From the sequence record OU343167.1: a stretch of DNA of 64,000 bases. One strand, 5' to 3'. The notes under the pieces were generated by a model, which was not told the origin of the DNA, did not search any database, and worked only from the letters and a program-made list of their open reading frames with translations. Within the stretch, counting starts at the first letter, position 1, and each line of letters opens with the position of its first letter. Of the stretch, positions 29,382 through 39,595 are shown piece after piece. The position numbers were made by a program, and so were the translations under genes.

Positions 29382-29741
29382 ATGGTATTTAACTGGGATA
29401 CATCGGGAGCGAATAATATTCGTAACCTGATGCTCCCCGTTCAATCGCCGTACTACATGAAGGTCTCGACCGAAGATGGTCGGGATCTTTTGTGGTTCGT
29501 TCGAAAGCGCGGTGAGAAGATCGCTGAATGGGTCACTTCTTATGTTAATGAGGAGTTGGTCCGGTGGAAAAACTTCAAAACAGCTCAGCTTATGCTGGCA
29601 CATGTAACCACTCAACCTGACCTACCTAAGTTGATCCTGGCAATGGGTGAAACTCCAGGTAATTACAAAGTTAAACTTGTGTATCTCCGCGATCATGAGA
29701 TTGCGGCAAGTACAACTATTTCAATCGCTAAAGAGGAATAA
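29382..29741 (+). CDS. hypothetical protein
   Basis: GAGGT RBS. Confidence 0.75.
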   Translation: MVFNWDTSGANNIRNLMLPVQSPYYMKVSTEDGRDLLWFVRKRGEKIAEWVTSYVNEELVRWKNFKTAQLMLAHVTTQPDLPKLILAMGETPGNYKVKLVYLRDHEIAASTTISIAKEE

Positions 29742-29744
29742 GTC

Positions 29745-30224
29745 ATGGCCTATAGCCTGGGTATCGCTGTACGTGATAGTTCGGTATTGATCGTCACCAA
29801 CGATTTCAAATACGAGAACATTGTTCTGTTCAAACCTATCAATGGCATGAAGATCGAAGGTGCTTCTGTTCATCTGGTATGCATCTGCTTCGGTGACAAA
29901 GAGAAGCGTTCTCTGGTTCACGAGATCATGACCAACAACGAACGGACCGACTACAGTCGTGAAGACATTCTGGCCATGATGACCGAGCATGGTGTGGAAC
30001 TTCGCGTTATCGCCGACAAAGTGGTCCATGTATTCCAGAACATCCGGGATGTGGCTACACATGGGATCATCGATTCCAATACCACTACCTTCTGGTTTGG
30101 CGATACGGAGCATCGCAAACTGTTCTTCCCGTATTGTGGTAAAGAAGGTAAACCTTTCCGTCAAGCTTACCGTGACGAAGAACTCTGTCGTGTATTCGAG
30201 TTCGTAACCGTTATCAACCTGTAA
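29745..30224 (+). CDS. hypothetical protein
   Basis: GAGGA RBS; followed by hairpin 30227-30255. Confidence 0.75.
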   Translation: MAYSLGIAVRDSSVLIVTNDFKYENIVLFKPINGMKIEGASVHLVCICFGDKEKRSLVHEIMTNNERTDYSREDILAMMTEHGVELRVIADKVVHVFQNIRDVATHGIIDSNTTTFWFGDTEHRKLFFPYCGKEGKPFRQAYRDEELCRVFEFVTVINL

Positions 30225-30280
30225 CAACATAATTGCCCTCCTTCGGGAGGGCTTCTATTTCGTAAAGAGGAAAATCAAAA

Positions 30281-30661
30281 ATGAAACGTAAACTCGTAGA
30301 TGTACAAGGTCTTCCCCGGCTTATCGTCGAACGTATCTCCATACATCGCATGCATCACCATAAGGATCGTGGTTGCAGTCCGCTGATTGTATTCGAACTG
30401 AATACCGCCCTCACTCGCATGGAAGTTCTTCTAGAGGCATTGTCTAAGATTGATTTCTATGACATGTCTCTTGTTCATGATCAGATCTTGTTTGACACAG
30501 AAGACGGCGATAACATCATCACTATCTTCACTTCTTTCCAACGTCAGTTTATTGGACGCAATCCAACGACTGTTCTGCTTTTCGATGCAATCATCGACCT
30601 GTGTACTACTCTTCACATTCGTGACGAAGAGTGGTGGGTTGAATATAGCCGTTTCAATTAA
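30281..30661 (+). CDS. hypothetical protein
   Basis: GAGGA RBS. Confidence 0.75.
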   Translation: MKRKLVDVQGLPRLIVERISIHRMHHHKDRGCSPLIVFELNTALTRMEVLLEALSKIDFYDMSLVHDQILFDTEDGDNIITIFTSFQRQFIGRNPTTVLLFDAIIDLCTTLHIRDEEWWVEYSRFN

Positions 30662-30678
30662 CCAAAAGGAATATACAA

Positions 30679-31194
30679 ATGAAACATATCGTAGTTTATG
30701 GTAAGCAGGGTGTAATCATCGCACGTGATAAAGCCAATGAAGATACGGACATCCGTTTCGACTGGGGTATGCGGCGAGAAGGCGAGGAAGATCTTGTAAC
30801 CTATCGCGGTGAAACCGCGAAGCTTTTGGTTATCCAGTCTGGCGATTGGGCAGCAAATGAACTTGTCCGTAATCGTCTAAAAATTCTTGACTTTGGTGGA
30901 AATATCATCGATGTCGATATCATCGATGCTCTTACCGATGAGCTGGGGAATCATAAAGGTGATATCTGTGTCGCTCTTTTTACTGACCATTCGGTAACCA
31001 CATTCACCCGTGATTACTCTGACAACAGTACTAGGGTCATCACAGATATCTATCCCGAAACTGGTATGAGTTTCGTTAAGTCTCCTGACGTTGATCTCGA
31101 TGGACTGGAGAACGCAGATACCTTCGATGAATTCTCTCAGTTGTTCTGGAAGGATCTTGATCTGATCATTAACGGATGGTACGAATTCAAATGA
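30679..31194 (+). CDS. hypothetical protein
   Basis: AAGGA RBS. Confidence 0.8.
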   Translation: MKHIVVYGKQGVIIARDKANEDTDIRFDWGMRREGEEDLVTYRGETAKLLVIQSGDWAANELVRNRLKILDFGGNIIDVDIIDALTDELGNHKGDICVALFTDHSVTTFTRDYSDNSTRVITDIYPETGMSFVKSPDVDLDGLENADTFDEFSQLFWKDLDLIINGWYEFK

Positions 31195-31634
31195 GTGCTT
31201 TCATTCCTCAATGGCGTCGTGACACCAATAACATCGACCATAAATACGGCTTCGAACTGGCTGCATACGGTAACACCAACGGTTCCGGTATCTATGCTTT
31301 CATCGAACGTCACGTCAAATACGTAAACAAGAAAAAGAAACAGGAACATGATGAAGTTATTCAAGTAATTCATCTTGGTAAACCGTATATCCGTAACTGG
31401 GTACATTACCCGGTAATCAATTCTACTGATCTCGGTTTGTTGTTCGGTCATGATGATGACATGCTTGACGATGCTTACAACCGTATTCAAACTGCGGAGT
31501 ACGTATCGGTAGAGTTGATGGAATCTATTTCAAAAGAATATCAGGTCTATATCACAGCTGTGATTGACGATATCAAATACGTGTTCAGTCCTGAACGCAC
31601 ATTCAAGTCTGATGAGGGTTATGAAAATGGCTAA
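31191..31634 (+). CDS. hypothetical protein
   Basis: ATGA overlap. Confidence 0.7.
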   Translation: MSAFIPQWRRDTNNIDHKYGFELAAYGNTNGSGIYAFIERHVKYVNKKKKQEHDEVIQVIHLGKPYIRNWVHYPVINSTDLGLLFGHDDDMLDDAYNRIQTAEYVSVELMESISKEYQVYITAVIDDIKYVFSPERTFKSDEGYENG

Positions 31635-32145
31635 GTCTAAGGAACAGAAGAAAGCAGAAGCATTGGAACGTGGTCGTCATGCGTATCTGCGTGACAATCT
31701 TTACACCTTCTGCGGTTATATGCCTGGCGGTTCTCACTGGATTATTGACGGTGATCCGAACGAACAACTTGAAGGGATGTTGGTCCAATGCAAATTGGTG
31801 ATGGATAAGGTGAAAGAGCTCAAGCTCGAAAATCTGACTGCCAACAAATACATGTGGACCACCATGACAAGTTGGGATCCGCTGCATGTATTTACGTTCC
31901 TGATTGGACGTAAAGAAAATTTGTTGGAGTTGATCCGACAAATGCATGATGCCCACTGCGCTGAAATGCCCGAGGGTGATCCGTGCCGCCGTAATCTTTA
32001 CGGTAATGGTTTCGTTCGGGAAGAAGAACTGAATAAGTTCGTTAAATGGTTGAAAGTAAGTCATCCGAAGTTCTTCACCACCTACAACTGGATGTCCTAT
32101 AACGAAATTATCAAACCCGTCCAACCTAAAGTTACAACTGCTTAA
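31627..32145 (+). CDS. hypothetical protein (paralog array)
   Basis: MAKSKEQKKAEAL N-terminus resembles 34123-34569. Confidence 0.75.
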   Translation: MAKSKEQKKAEALERGRHAYLRDNLYTFCGYMPGGSHWIIDGDPNEQLEGMLVQCKLVMDKVKELKLENLTANKYMWTTMTSWDPLHVFTFLIGRKENLLELIRQMHDAHCAEMPEGDPCRRNLYGNGFVREEELNKFVKWLKVSHPKFFTTYNWMSYNEIIKPVQPKVTTA

Positions 32146-32171
32146 TTCCATCAAGCCCTGAGGAAATAGAA

Positions 32172-32627
32172 ATGCCTAAAGTTAATTCCATGCTCGAAAA
32201 CAAACTCCGTGATCTGGCCAAGGACGAGCGTTACTACGCTGTGCTGACCGAACTGTTCCCGGCCATGATGTGTACCATGCCGTCTGGTCTGAATTACAAA
32301 CCTGGTCGTGAAGGTGTTGTCGAGTTCCATCATCGCCTGGCTGAACTGAATGACATCGTTCGTGAGATTGATGTCAGTTGGGGTGGTATGCCGATTGAAG
32401 ACGAACCTTTCGTTAAATTGGCTACCATCGATTCTCTGGTGGTTCTTTCCACTCCGGCTGGTGTCCGTAAGTATGTTCACCAATGGCGTGATATCTGTAA
32501 AGCGCTGGAACTACCGGCAGACTCTGATGTATGGCGTGCACGTCAACCTGAAGGGGTTGATATGAAATCTGTCTGGGCTGAGTTCCAGGAGGAACTCATT
32601 GCTTATCTACGCGAGGTAGTAGTCTAA
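32172..32627 (+). CDS. hypothetical protein (paralog array)
   Basis: similar to 32627-33088 (KL..L..D, FP..M...P...NYK). Confidence 0.8.
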   Translation: MPKVNSMLENKLRDLAKDERYYAVLTELFPAMMCTMPSGLNYKPGREGVVEFHHRLAELNDIVREIDVSWGGMPIEDEPFVKLATIDSLVVLSTPAGVRKYVHQWRDICKALELPADSDVWRARQPEGVDMKSVWAEFQEELIAYLREVVV

Positions 32628-33088
32628 TGGCTAAAGCAACCACCAACCCCATTATCCAGGAAAAACTGAACGAACTGCGATACGATAGCGACTGGCTTTA
32701 CTACATGTCTATCCAATTTCCGAGTTGGATGTCCATGACGCCCGGAGCATCGAACTATAAAAACAGTATGACTCCAGATGAGTATTACGCACATATCCAA
32801 GCCTGGCGTTCGATGACGGATGATCTGATTCGTGTCCGTGAGGTTCTTGGTATCAGCATGAGCGGAATGACCAGTGAAACTCTGGTTCATTTGGATGTTA
32901 ATGAAGTTATGCGTGAGTTCAGTCTGTCGGTTACACTGCGTAACCATCGGAACCAATGGAAAGCTAATATGCTTTACCTAGGTCTTGATTGCGGCGACCA
33001 CCTCTGGCGTCCAAAAGAAAGAGAGCTGGTGGTTGGTCAAACTGAGTGGGCTCGTTTCCGCGAGGCCATCATCAATGGCGTTTACTAA
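32627..33088 (+). CDS. hypothetical protein (paralog array)
   Basis: similar to 32172-32627. Confidence 0.8.
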   Translation: MAKATTNPIIQEKLNELRYDSDWLYYMSIQFPSWMSMTPGASNYKNSMTPDEYYAHIQAWRSMTDDLIRVREVLGISMSGMTSETLVHLDVNEVMREFSLSVTLRNHRNQWKANMLYLGLDCGDHLWRPKERELVVGQTEWARFREAIINGVY

Positions 33089-33097
33089 GGAACTAAA

Positions 33098-33691
33098 ATG
33101 AAAAAGCTTACTCTGGAAGCCCTCCGAGGCAAACTACATGCAATGGCTTTTCTGCGGGTCAACTATCATGGTTGGATCATTCAACGTAATCGTGCAGCTG
33201 GCTACGATTTGATTAATATCGTTTATGACGATACCACTATCCTGGTAGGTACAGACGATCCCAAGCGGATTGGTTCTTTCAACAAATGGATGTCGGGTGT
33301 AGAGAAAGGTTATCTCGAACCGGTTAATGCCACCATTCGAAAGATGTATTTGTCTCCTGAAGCTTTAGTCATGAATGGTGATTCCGAGGGTATGGATCTG
33401 GATGATCACCTCGGTTTCATCGGAGACGTACTTGGTAAGAATATCCAGGTCATAAAAGATGCTCGTCGTGAAAACAGTTTTGGTCATTATGTTCTAAAAG
33501 ATGACAAGCTGTGGTACGTACACTACATGCCAAGTATCTACAAAGTCAATACGGGTGAAATGTTGTTCACCTGTTTTGAAGGTGAATACAAAAGTATTCC
33601 AGAATATCCGCAAACTTACGCTCCGGTAAGAATGCAGTTCAAGGTCGAATATAACCTTTCTGGTCGAGTGGAGCATCATGATGGAGACTAA
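33098..33691 (+). CDS. hypothetical protein
   Basis: AAGGA RBS. Confidence 0.75.
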   Translation: MKKLTLEALRGKLHAMAFLRVNYHGWIIQRNRAAGYDLINIVYDDTTILVGTDDPKRIGSFNKWMSGVEKGYLEPVNATIRKMYLSPEALVMNGDSEGMDLDDHLGFIGDVLGKNIQVIKDARRENSFGHYVLKDDKLWYVHYMPSIYKVNTGEMLFTCFEGEYKSIPEYPQTYAPVRMQFKVEYNLSGRVEHHDGD

Positions 33692-34190
33692 GAAATCAAC
33701 GAAGACGCGTCGGCAGACTGCTGCATTTAAAAGAGCATTCGAGGCCTGGATGGTAATGGTTCGTAAGTTCCATTCTTATTCTGGTAAAGGCATACCAGAC
33801 GTAGATGTGATGACTGACCTTCTCCATTGTCACAGGAATCTTCTGTGCGTGGCGAAAGAAAACGGCATCTACATGGATGTGATGGGTGTAGACCCTGCTA
33901 ACCACACTGTCTATGAACATGCGAGCTGGTTGCTTTCGTATTCCTATTGGGACACGATCGTACATCTGAACTTTCAACTACCAAAGAACAAGTTTAAAAT
34001 CTGGTCAGAATATCCCGTCAGTGAACGACGCGCTTTCGGGAAGGCACTTAATGTGCTTGCACTGGCTTTTAAACATTACGATGAACACAAAGAATTCCTT
34101 CGTGAATTTAGGGATATTAAAAATGGCAAAAACGCAAAAGCAGAAAGCGCTGGAAGCAGCGACCCGGAAGCTGATAAAGTTCTACAGTGA
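33678..34190 (+). CDS. hypothetical protein (paralog array)
   Basis: similar to 34123-34569. Confidence 0.75.
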   Translation: MMETKKSTKTRRQTAAFKRAFEAWMVMVRKFHSYSGKGIPDVDVMTDLLHCHRNLLCVAKENGIYMDVMGVDPANHTVYEHASWLLSYSYWDTIVHLNFQLPKNKFKIWSEYPVSERRAFGKALNVLALAFKHYDEHKEFLREFRDIKNGKNAKAESAGSSDPEADKVLQ

Positions 34191-34569
34191 TACGTTTCCG
34201 ATGTTGATCGTAGCTATCGAAATGTGCGAGGGCGATGGTTTCGACCATCGCCTTCGTGCGGTATTCGATGCCTATAAAAAGACCTGTAAGATGGCAGAAG
34301 AAGCAGGAGTTGATCTTAGCCTCTATGGGGTCAAGCTAACTGACGTGGATACGTTCACTAGTTTCCGCTGGTTCATTGAAGGTGACTATATCTGGGACAT
34401 GATCAGGAAGCTCAATAAGGCGAAATATGATCAGGTTTCAGATCTTCCTCGTTTGACCGAATGGAGCGAGTTGGACAGTCATCAAAAACTTCAGTTCACT
34501 CAAGGTCGTAATTACATTATCGATCGGCTTAAAGAAAAAGTCACTTACGATCGATTCAGAAACTATTAA
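34123..34569 (+). CDS. hypothetical protein (paralog array)
   Basis: start moved to MAKTQK; A.E.G..GV..W..WD.I..LN shared with 33678-34190. Confidence 0.75.
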   Translation: MAKTQKQKALEAATRKLIKFYSDTFPMLIVAIEMCEGDGFDHRLRAVFDAYKKTCKMAEEAGVDLSLYGVKLTDVDTFTSFRWFIEGDYIWDMIRKLNKAKYDQVSDLPRLTEWSELDSHQKLQFTQGRNYIIDRLKEKVTYDRFRNY

Positions 34570-34576
34570 AAGGAGA

Positions 34577-35098
34577 TTGAAAATGACTAAGACTCTTCAT
34601 GTCGTACGTGTCCGGGACGGTATCGTCGATAGCCTCAATAACGAGGGTTTGTGGATCGACAAACATGTAAACTGTCTTGAAGACAAATGGGAAGCTTACA
34701 AGCAGACCGTTCAGTTTCAAAGCATGAACTGGGGTACTCTGTATTTCGTTAACGAGGTCGATCCGAGCACTGGTGGTGACCTTACTCCTTATCGTTATCA
34801 TGAAGTATGGATCTGCCAGCGGGGCGTTGTACAGAAGCTGGATCTTGTCGGTGATCTCGAAACTGGTATGATTGGTCCTGACCATGTCGTTGCGATTGTA
34901 ACTACAAACGACGGCATGGAATATGGTTTCGTAAACAGTGTCTGGGGTGATCGTCTGGATCACAGTCATTACTACGGGGATGCTATTATGCTCCCTTGTG
35001 AGAACGCCCAAGAGGCTGCTGCTGTAAACCGCATCCTGGAGAAACTGTCGAATGGGATTACTTTGTCTGTCCCTCTTGTAATGAAGCGGATCAAATAA
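34577..35098 (+). CDS. hypothetical protein
   Basis: AAGGAG RBS. Confidence 0.8.
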   Translation: MKMTKTLHVVRVRDGIVDSLNNEGLWIDKHVNCLEDKWEAYKQTVQFQSMNWGTLYFVNEVDPSTGGDLTPYRYHEVWICQRGVVQKLDLVGDLETGMIGPDHVVAIVTTNDGMEYGFVNSVWGDRLDHSHYYGDAIMLPCENAQEAAAVNRILEKLSNGITLSVPLVMKRIK

Positions 35099-35111
35099 AG
35101 GAGTACTTCAC

Positions 35112-35471
35112 ATGGACTACAAATGGCACGGTAAGTTCGTTGTAGAGATTCATGGTAATGGCTGTAGGAATGGATCTGGCACGAGTTACCTGGTACGTGA
35201 AGGTTCTAAAAAACACGATCAGCGTGACTATGCTATTATCTCCCGTATCGGTTTCCAGGATACTCTGTTACTCGAAGAGCATGAGGTTGAAGACTACCTG
35301 AATAACGTAGCTCCTTCGATCGCACATGCCATTTGGGAGTCCGAAGGGCGGCCGAGTGATAACCGCATGAATATCCGTGCTCTACGTATAGACATGGACA
35401 GTCTGTTCAATAGGTTCCAGATTTATTCTGGAAGTCCTATCGATATGGATGATAGCTACAAGGCCGTGTAA
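35112..35471 (+). CDS. hypothetical protein
   Basis: AGGAG RBS. Confidence 0.75.
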   Translation: MDYKWHGKFVVEIHGNGCRNGSGTSYLVREGSKKHDQRDYAIISRIGFQDTLLLEEHEVEDYLNNVAPSIAHAIWESEGRPSDNRMNIRALRIDMDSLFNRFQIYSGSPIDMDDSYKAV

Positions 35472-35535
35472 GGCTCATAGACGATGGATGTTGTAAAAGG
35501 CATCCATCGTATGAGTTTATCAAGAGAAACGCATC

Positions 35536-36051
35536 ATGGACAAACCAGAGCTGTTGTATCATGGCTCTCTCTACAAACAGAAGGAACTCATGCCTGGCTT
35601 TAAAAGGTCCGGTAAGTTAACAGTGTGGGATGGGGTTGAGTCTAACCTAAATCTTTATGCTACCTCTGTCAAACGAGAAGCTGAACTACTTGGAATAGGT
35701 AGTGCTGTAGAAAAAGAGTTTAACTCTGATCGCTTCGTTGAGATCAATGGTGATATATGGATCTTCTCCGATCGATTAATCACACTTGAAGAATTCCTCA
35801 AGTTGACGATTTATGTTTACACTATTCCCTTCCGCGATTCAGATGGATGGCAGAAGAATAATAATCCGTATAACAACATTGATACGGAATGGACCACTCG
35901 GAATACTATCCACAATGTCACAGTTGAAGAGGTAGACCTTCGTGAAGTTATGAAGGGTAAAGTTGTTACTTCGACCACTGCACCCATGGATACCGATTTC
36001 AAGGTTCTTCTGCGTCGATATCCGAAAGACGTATTGATGTATAAATTCTGA
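35536..36051 (+). CDS. putative ADP-ribosyltransferase-fold protein
   Basis: N-terminal LYHGS plus downstream LYATS, the H-G-[ST]...Y-[AF]-[ST] pattern of H-Y-E/Arr-like ARTs. Confidence 0.45.
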   Translation: MDKPELLYHGSLYKQKELMPGFKRSGKLTVWDGVESNLNLYATSVKREAELLGIGSAVEKEFNSDRFVEINGDIWIFSDRLITLEEFLKLTIYVYTIPFRDSDGWQKNNNPYNNIDTEWTTRNTIHNVTVEEVDLREVMKGKVVTSTTAPMDTDFKVLLRRYPKDVLMYKF

Positions 36052-36092
36052 GAGCTCTTCGGAGCTCTCTTTATTCCGTCACGAGGTTTGAT

Positions 36093-36329
36093 ATGCTGAC
36101 AGTTATCTTTAAGAGACATGACAAGCGTCATGAGCTCTGTATTGGCAATCCTGAAGATCTTATCGCTCTGTTGATTGTATTGCAGAATAGCGATGAGGTC
36201 AGTGAATATAAAGTTATTAACTCCGATTCAGGTGTAGTTAAAGACTTTAAGGTTTCTTTTGGTTGGGGTAATGAGTTCTTTAGTAAGAATGCTCCTGATG
36301 GTTTCACCTGGAGCAATAACCTTATCTAA
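36093..36329 (+). CDS. hypothetical protein
   Basis: GAGGT RBS. Confidence 0.7.
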   Translation: MLTVIFKRHDKRHELCIGNPEDLIALLIVLQNSDEVSEYKVINSDSGVVKDFKVSFGWGNEFFSKNAPDGFTWSNNLI

Positions 36330-36571
36330 AAAAAGATAAGGAATTTTATACTGGATCACCTTGATCTAATGAGGGGGAGATTACCCCTCTTTATTCTTCT
36401 TTTAATATACACTACCTTTAGGTACATCCGAAATGAGTATTAAACTCCCAATACAATCCAGCATAATAGTTCCTCGGATAGCAGCTACCTCAAGAGTAGC
36501 TGTACCGAGTAAGAATACACTCCCCACCCCCGTTGTATGTAATTACTTTAACCAAAAGAGGAAAATGCGAC

Positions 36572-37369
36572 ATGGCTAAATTCATTGGTATCTACGACCG
36601 TTTCGATATGGAGAAGGTCAAACAGGTTTTCAAGCTAACTGAACTTGACGATCTGGAAATCATTCCCTGTAATGGAGAGAACTTGCTGACTGGTGTAGTC
36701 GCTTACACTGGTGGTAACATCAGTCGTTATATGGAAGAGCAGCTTCATCAGGCTAAACTGATTCTGAATGGCCTCGGTATCTATTGCGAACACAATGAAG
36801 TCGACGTAGAAGATTCCAGCGCCACTAAGGTATACCTTGGACCGCATGGTGATCTGTATCTGCTTTGTAAGAGCCATGTAGACTTCTTCGGAATGTCCCG
36901 TGAAGAAACCTGTTCACTGGGTATTGGTGATGGGTTCGCTCGTCCTGTTCAAATCCGTACCGACAACAACGAACACCTGTTCATTCGTGAGTTCTACTTC
37001 ATGGGTGAACATAACGCACTGCGAAATGCTCGCCGCTATTTGCAACACATCGTTCGCCGGAGCCGGCTCCTGAAAGAATCGGATATGGAGGAGATTTCTC
37101 GTCGAGCTGCTGGTAAGGTTACCATCATCGGTATTACCAGCCATGGTGTTGTCTACGATCTGGTTTCTCCGAAAGCGATCAAACAAATCCGTGATACTCA
37201 ATGGCATCTTGATCCGATTGCTGAGCGTGTGGCTGGCTACACGATCTATCAGGTTACCAGTAAATGCCGTGAACTTCCGGTAGCAACTAAATGGTCTCTG
37301 TTTGCTCTGGCTGATCGAGACTATCGTGATGCTATTAACCAATTCCTCCCGGAACAAGGTACCAAATAA
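36572..37369 (+). CDS. hypothetical protein
   Basis: GAGGA RBS; start moved to MAKFIG. Confidence 0.8.
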   Translation: MAKFIGIYDRFDMEKVKQVFKLTELDDLEIIPCNGENLLTGVVAYTGGNISRYMEEQLHQAKLILNGLGIYCEHNEVDVEDSSATKVYLGPHGDLYLLCKSHVDFFGMSREETCSLGIGDGFARPVQIRTDNNEHLFIREFYFMGEHNALRNARRYLQHIVRRSRLLKESDMEEISRRAAGKVTIIGITSHGVVYDLVSPKAIKQIRDTQWHLDPIAERVAGYTIYQVTSKCRELPVATKWSLFALADRDYRDAINQFLPEQGTK

Positions 37370-37578
37370 TGTACTCTATCGCCTGGAATCAACTCGTTGA
37401 TGATATTCTCAGTAAAGGCGTACTGCCTGTAACCATGAAAGCTGAAGCTGAGATGCCCACTCGGGCAAGACCACAGGTGATAACAGCATACGCGGACGGG
37501 ATCTTCCCCGTCCGTGATATGTCGTGTCTTCCACATTCTCGTAAATCAGTTTATTACAAACAAGGAAATGAAGTATGA
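37369..37578 (+). CDS. hypothetical protein
   Basis: TAATG overlap. Confidence 0.6.
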   Translation: MYSIAWNQLVDDILSKGVLPVTMKAEAEMPTRARPQVITAYADGIFPVRDMSCLPHSRKSVYYKQGNEV

Positions 37579-37916
37579 ACGCTATCGAACAAGTAAACGC
37601 TGTTGAACATGATGAGTACGTCGATCTGGTTTTCCCGTACATGATCGAGGATTTGGCTAACGCTGTCGATGGTGTTAACATCGCTGCATTGGAAGGTTTG
37701 GATTATCACATCGATAAGGCCCGCCAATACAAGGAAGAATGGGAACAGGCTGGTCTGAGTTTCAACCGTGCTTCTCTGATCTACCTTCTGACCTTTATGC
37801 GTGTATTCATTCAGGATACCCCGAAGCACGAATCCTGTCAGTGGGTCATCAACAACTACGAGACTTATCTGCCGTTCTTGGAACGCGGTGAAGCCATCCA
37901 TATTTTGGAGGAGTGA
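37575..37916 (+). CDS. hypothetical protein
   Basis: ATGA overlap. Confidence 0.8.
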   Translation: MNAIEQVNAVEHDEYVDLVFPYMIEDLANAVDGVNIAALEGLDYHIDKARQYKEEWEQAGLSFNRASLIYLLTFMRVFIQDTPKHESCQWVINNYETYLPFLERGEAIHILEE

Positions 37917-38479
37917 ATATGAAAGGACAAATGCATTTCGCCCAGGCAGTTTTTGCCGATCAGGTTGTTTTCTTCGGTCGTAAGGATTGCGGTTTCAATA
38001 CCCATGTCGTTCGCTTCCATGAAAATAACGACAACACTTACCATCCCCCGCAGGAAGAACGCAAACAGAAAATCAAGTGTATCATCATTGGTGGTGAAGA
38101 TACTCTGGTTCGTCGTATTCGTGATCTGCTTTGGGATGATGATGTTGGCCGGTTTTACGATAGCTTTACTTCCGGCCATCTGAGTGAGATCCGCGCGTTG
38201 ATCCAAGAAACTCATCACGATAACGGCGCTCAAGGTAACTGCCTGTTCATTAATGAACATCATCACGTTTATGATGTGTTCTGCGGTTATACCTATAATA
38301 CTTCGATTCCGTTGACGCAGTGGTATCCGGACACTGCTATTGCGAAATCGTTGTATCATGGGATGGAAACCGGAGAATTGAAGACCGTCAAACTGTCGGG
38401 CTATGTGCCTGCAATGGAGCGTGTCGGTTTGCTCGCTGCGTGCGGGTATGATCGTTGGCGTGTAATTGACTTTGAGTGA
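37913..38479 (+). CDS. hypothetical protein
   Basis: GGAGGAG RBS. Confidence 0.8.
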   Translation: MNMKGQMHFAQAVFADQVVFFGRKDCGFNTHVVRFHENNDNTYHPPQEERKQKIKCIIIGGEDTLVRRIRDLLWDDDVGRFYDSFTSGHLSEIRALIQETHHDNGAQGNCLFINEHHHVYDVFCGYTYNTSIPLTQWYPDTAIAKSLYHGMETGELKTVKLSGYVPAMERVGLLAACGYDRWRVIDFE

Positions 38480-38688
38480 ATGAAATGACTTATCGTGTTA
38501 CTGTTCGTGCTAGTGAGCGAATTGAAGCTTCAGCCTTGAAAGGGCGGACTTCTTATCTCTGTGCAGAAAAGGATGAACCCCTAACTCTGCTCGGTCAGAT
38601 TCCTGGGACTGATCAATTTGTGGTCAGTGTTCAGGATCGTGCACGTCCTCTGGTATTCAAAGCCAGGGAACATGAACTGAAGTTCTAG
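38476..38688 (+). CDS. hypothetical protein
   Basis: GTGA overlap. Confidence 0.65.
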   Translation: MNEMTYRVTVRASERIEASALKGRTSYLCAEKDEPLTLLGQIPGTDQFVVSVQDRARPLVFKAREHELKF

Positions 38689-38723
38689 AAAAAGTAGACC
38701 TCTATTCTAACCGTTTAGAGGTC

Positions 38724-38731
38724 TATATTAC
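38724..38731 (+). promoter_or_regulatory. early promoter core TATATTAC
   Basis: GTTTAGAGGTC-TATATTAC. Confidence 0.65.
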
Positions 38732-38767
38732 TTTTATGCCGTTAAGCTTAACCAAAAGGAAAATGCA

Positions 38768-39595
38768 ATGAACTTCAATGAAAGTGTCACAGCTGTCATG
38801 AACATTTACGTTAATGATGGTGAAAATAAATATGCGAAATATGTAGCGCGAGCTGCGCGTGAGGAAATTAAGTCATTCAATCTGAGTGAACTCACCAAGA
38901 ACCATCGGATGCGTATTTCCGATAACGTGGAACCACATCTTCTTCGTTTTCATTTGCCGGGAGAACAAACGCAAAAGCTTTACCCGTATCATCAACTGAT
39001 GCGTCGTCTGGCATATATCGAAGATTTCACCCTTAACGGCGACGTTAAGGTGGATGTAAAAATCGCACGTAATGTGTATCGTCCACCACACGTCGTGAAC
39101 TTCAATGAAGGATTCTGGTTCGGTCCTGAAGTTCATTCGTACAAAATTTACAAGAACGCCCGAGGGAGAAAGGCTGAGTTCCGTCCCGGTTACGACGATT
39201 TGATCGAAGACATCTATGTCGTCGGTGAAGGATCCTGGGCACAGAAATGTGCAGGTGAGATTCGTCGTATTTCCCGTGAAGGTAGCAAAGAATATCGGTT
39301 CCCTATTGAGAAGATTAAAAAGCGGGAGTGGAGATATAAGTTCCTCCGTGGTCAATGCTTTATCATCTTCAAGTGTTATACCGGTCTGTTCATTGTGACT
39401 TACGAACAACCTCTGCTTCAACGTTACATTGGAGATGAAGAAAGGAAGAACCTCGGTTACATGATCGGTGGGGAATATATTCCCGCACTCACTGAAAACA
39501 TGCTTTCGATGGCCAACCATGAGATTATCGAGAAGCATCCGATCCAAAATACCTACACACGTGGAAACTTCAGCTATGTGAGGGAAAAGAAATGA
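38768..39595 (+). CDS. hypothetical protein
   Basis: AAGGA RBS; first gene after early promoter. Confidence 0.8.
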   Translation: MNFNESVTAVMNIYVNDGENKYAKYVARAAREEIKSFNLSELTKNHRMRISDNVEPHLLRFHLPGEQTQKLYPYHQLMRRLAYIEDFTLNGDVKVDVKIARNVYRPPHVVNFNEGFWFGPEVHSYKIYKNARGRKAEFRPGYDDLIEDIYVVGEGSWAQKCAGEIRRISREGSKEYRFPIEKIKKREWRYKFLRGQCFIIFKCYTGLFIVTYEQPLLQRYIGDEERKNLGYMIGGEYIPALTENMLSMANHEIIEKHPIQNTYTRGNFSYVREKK

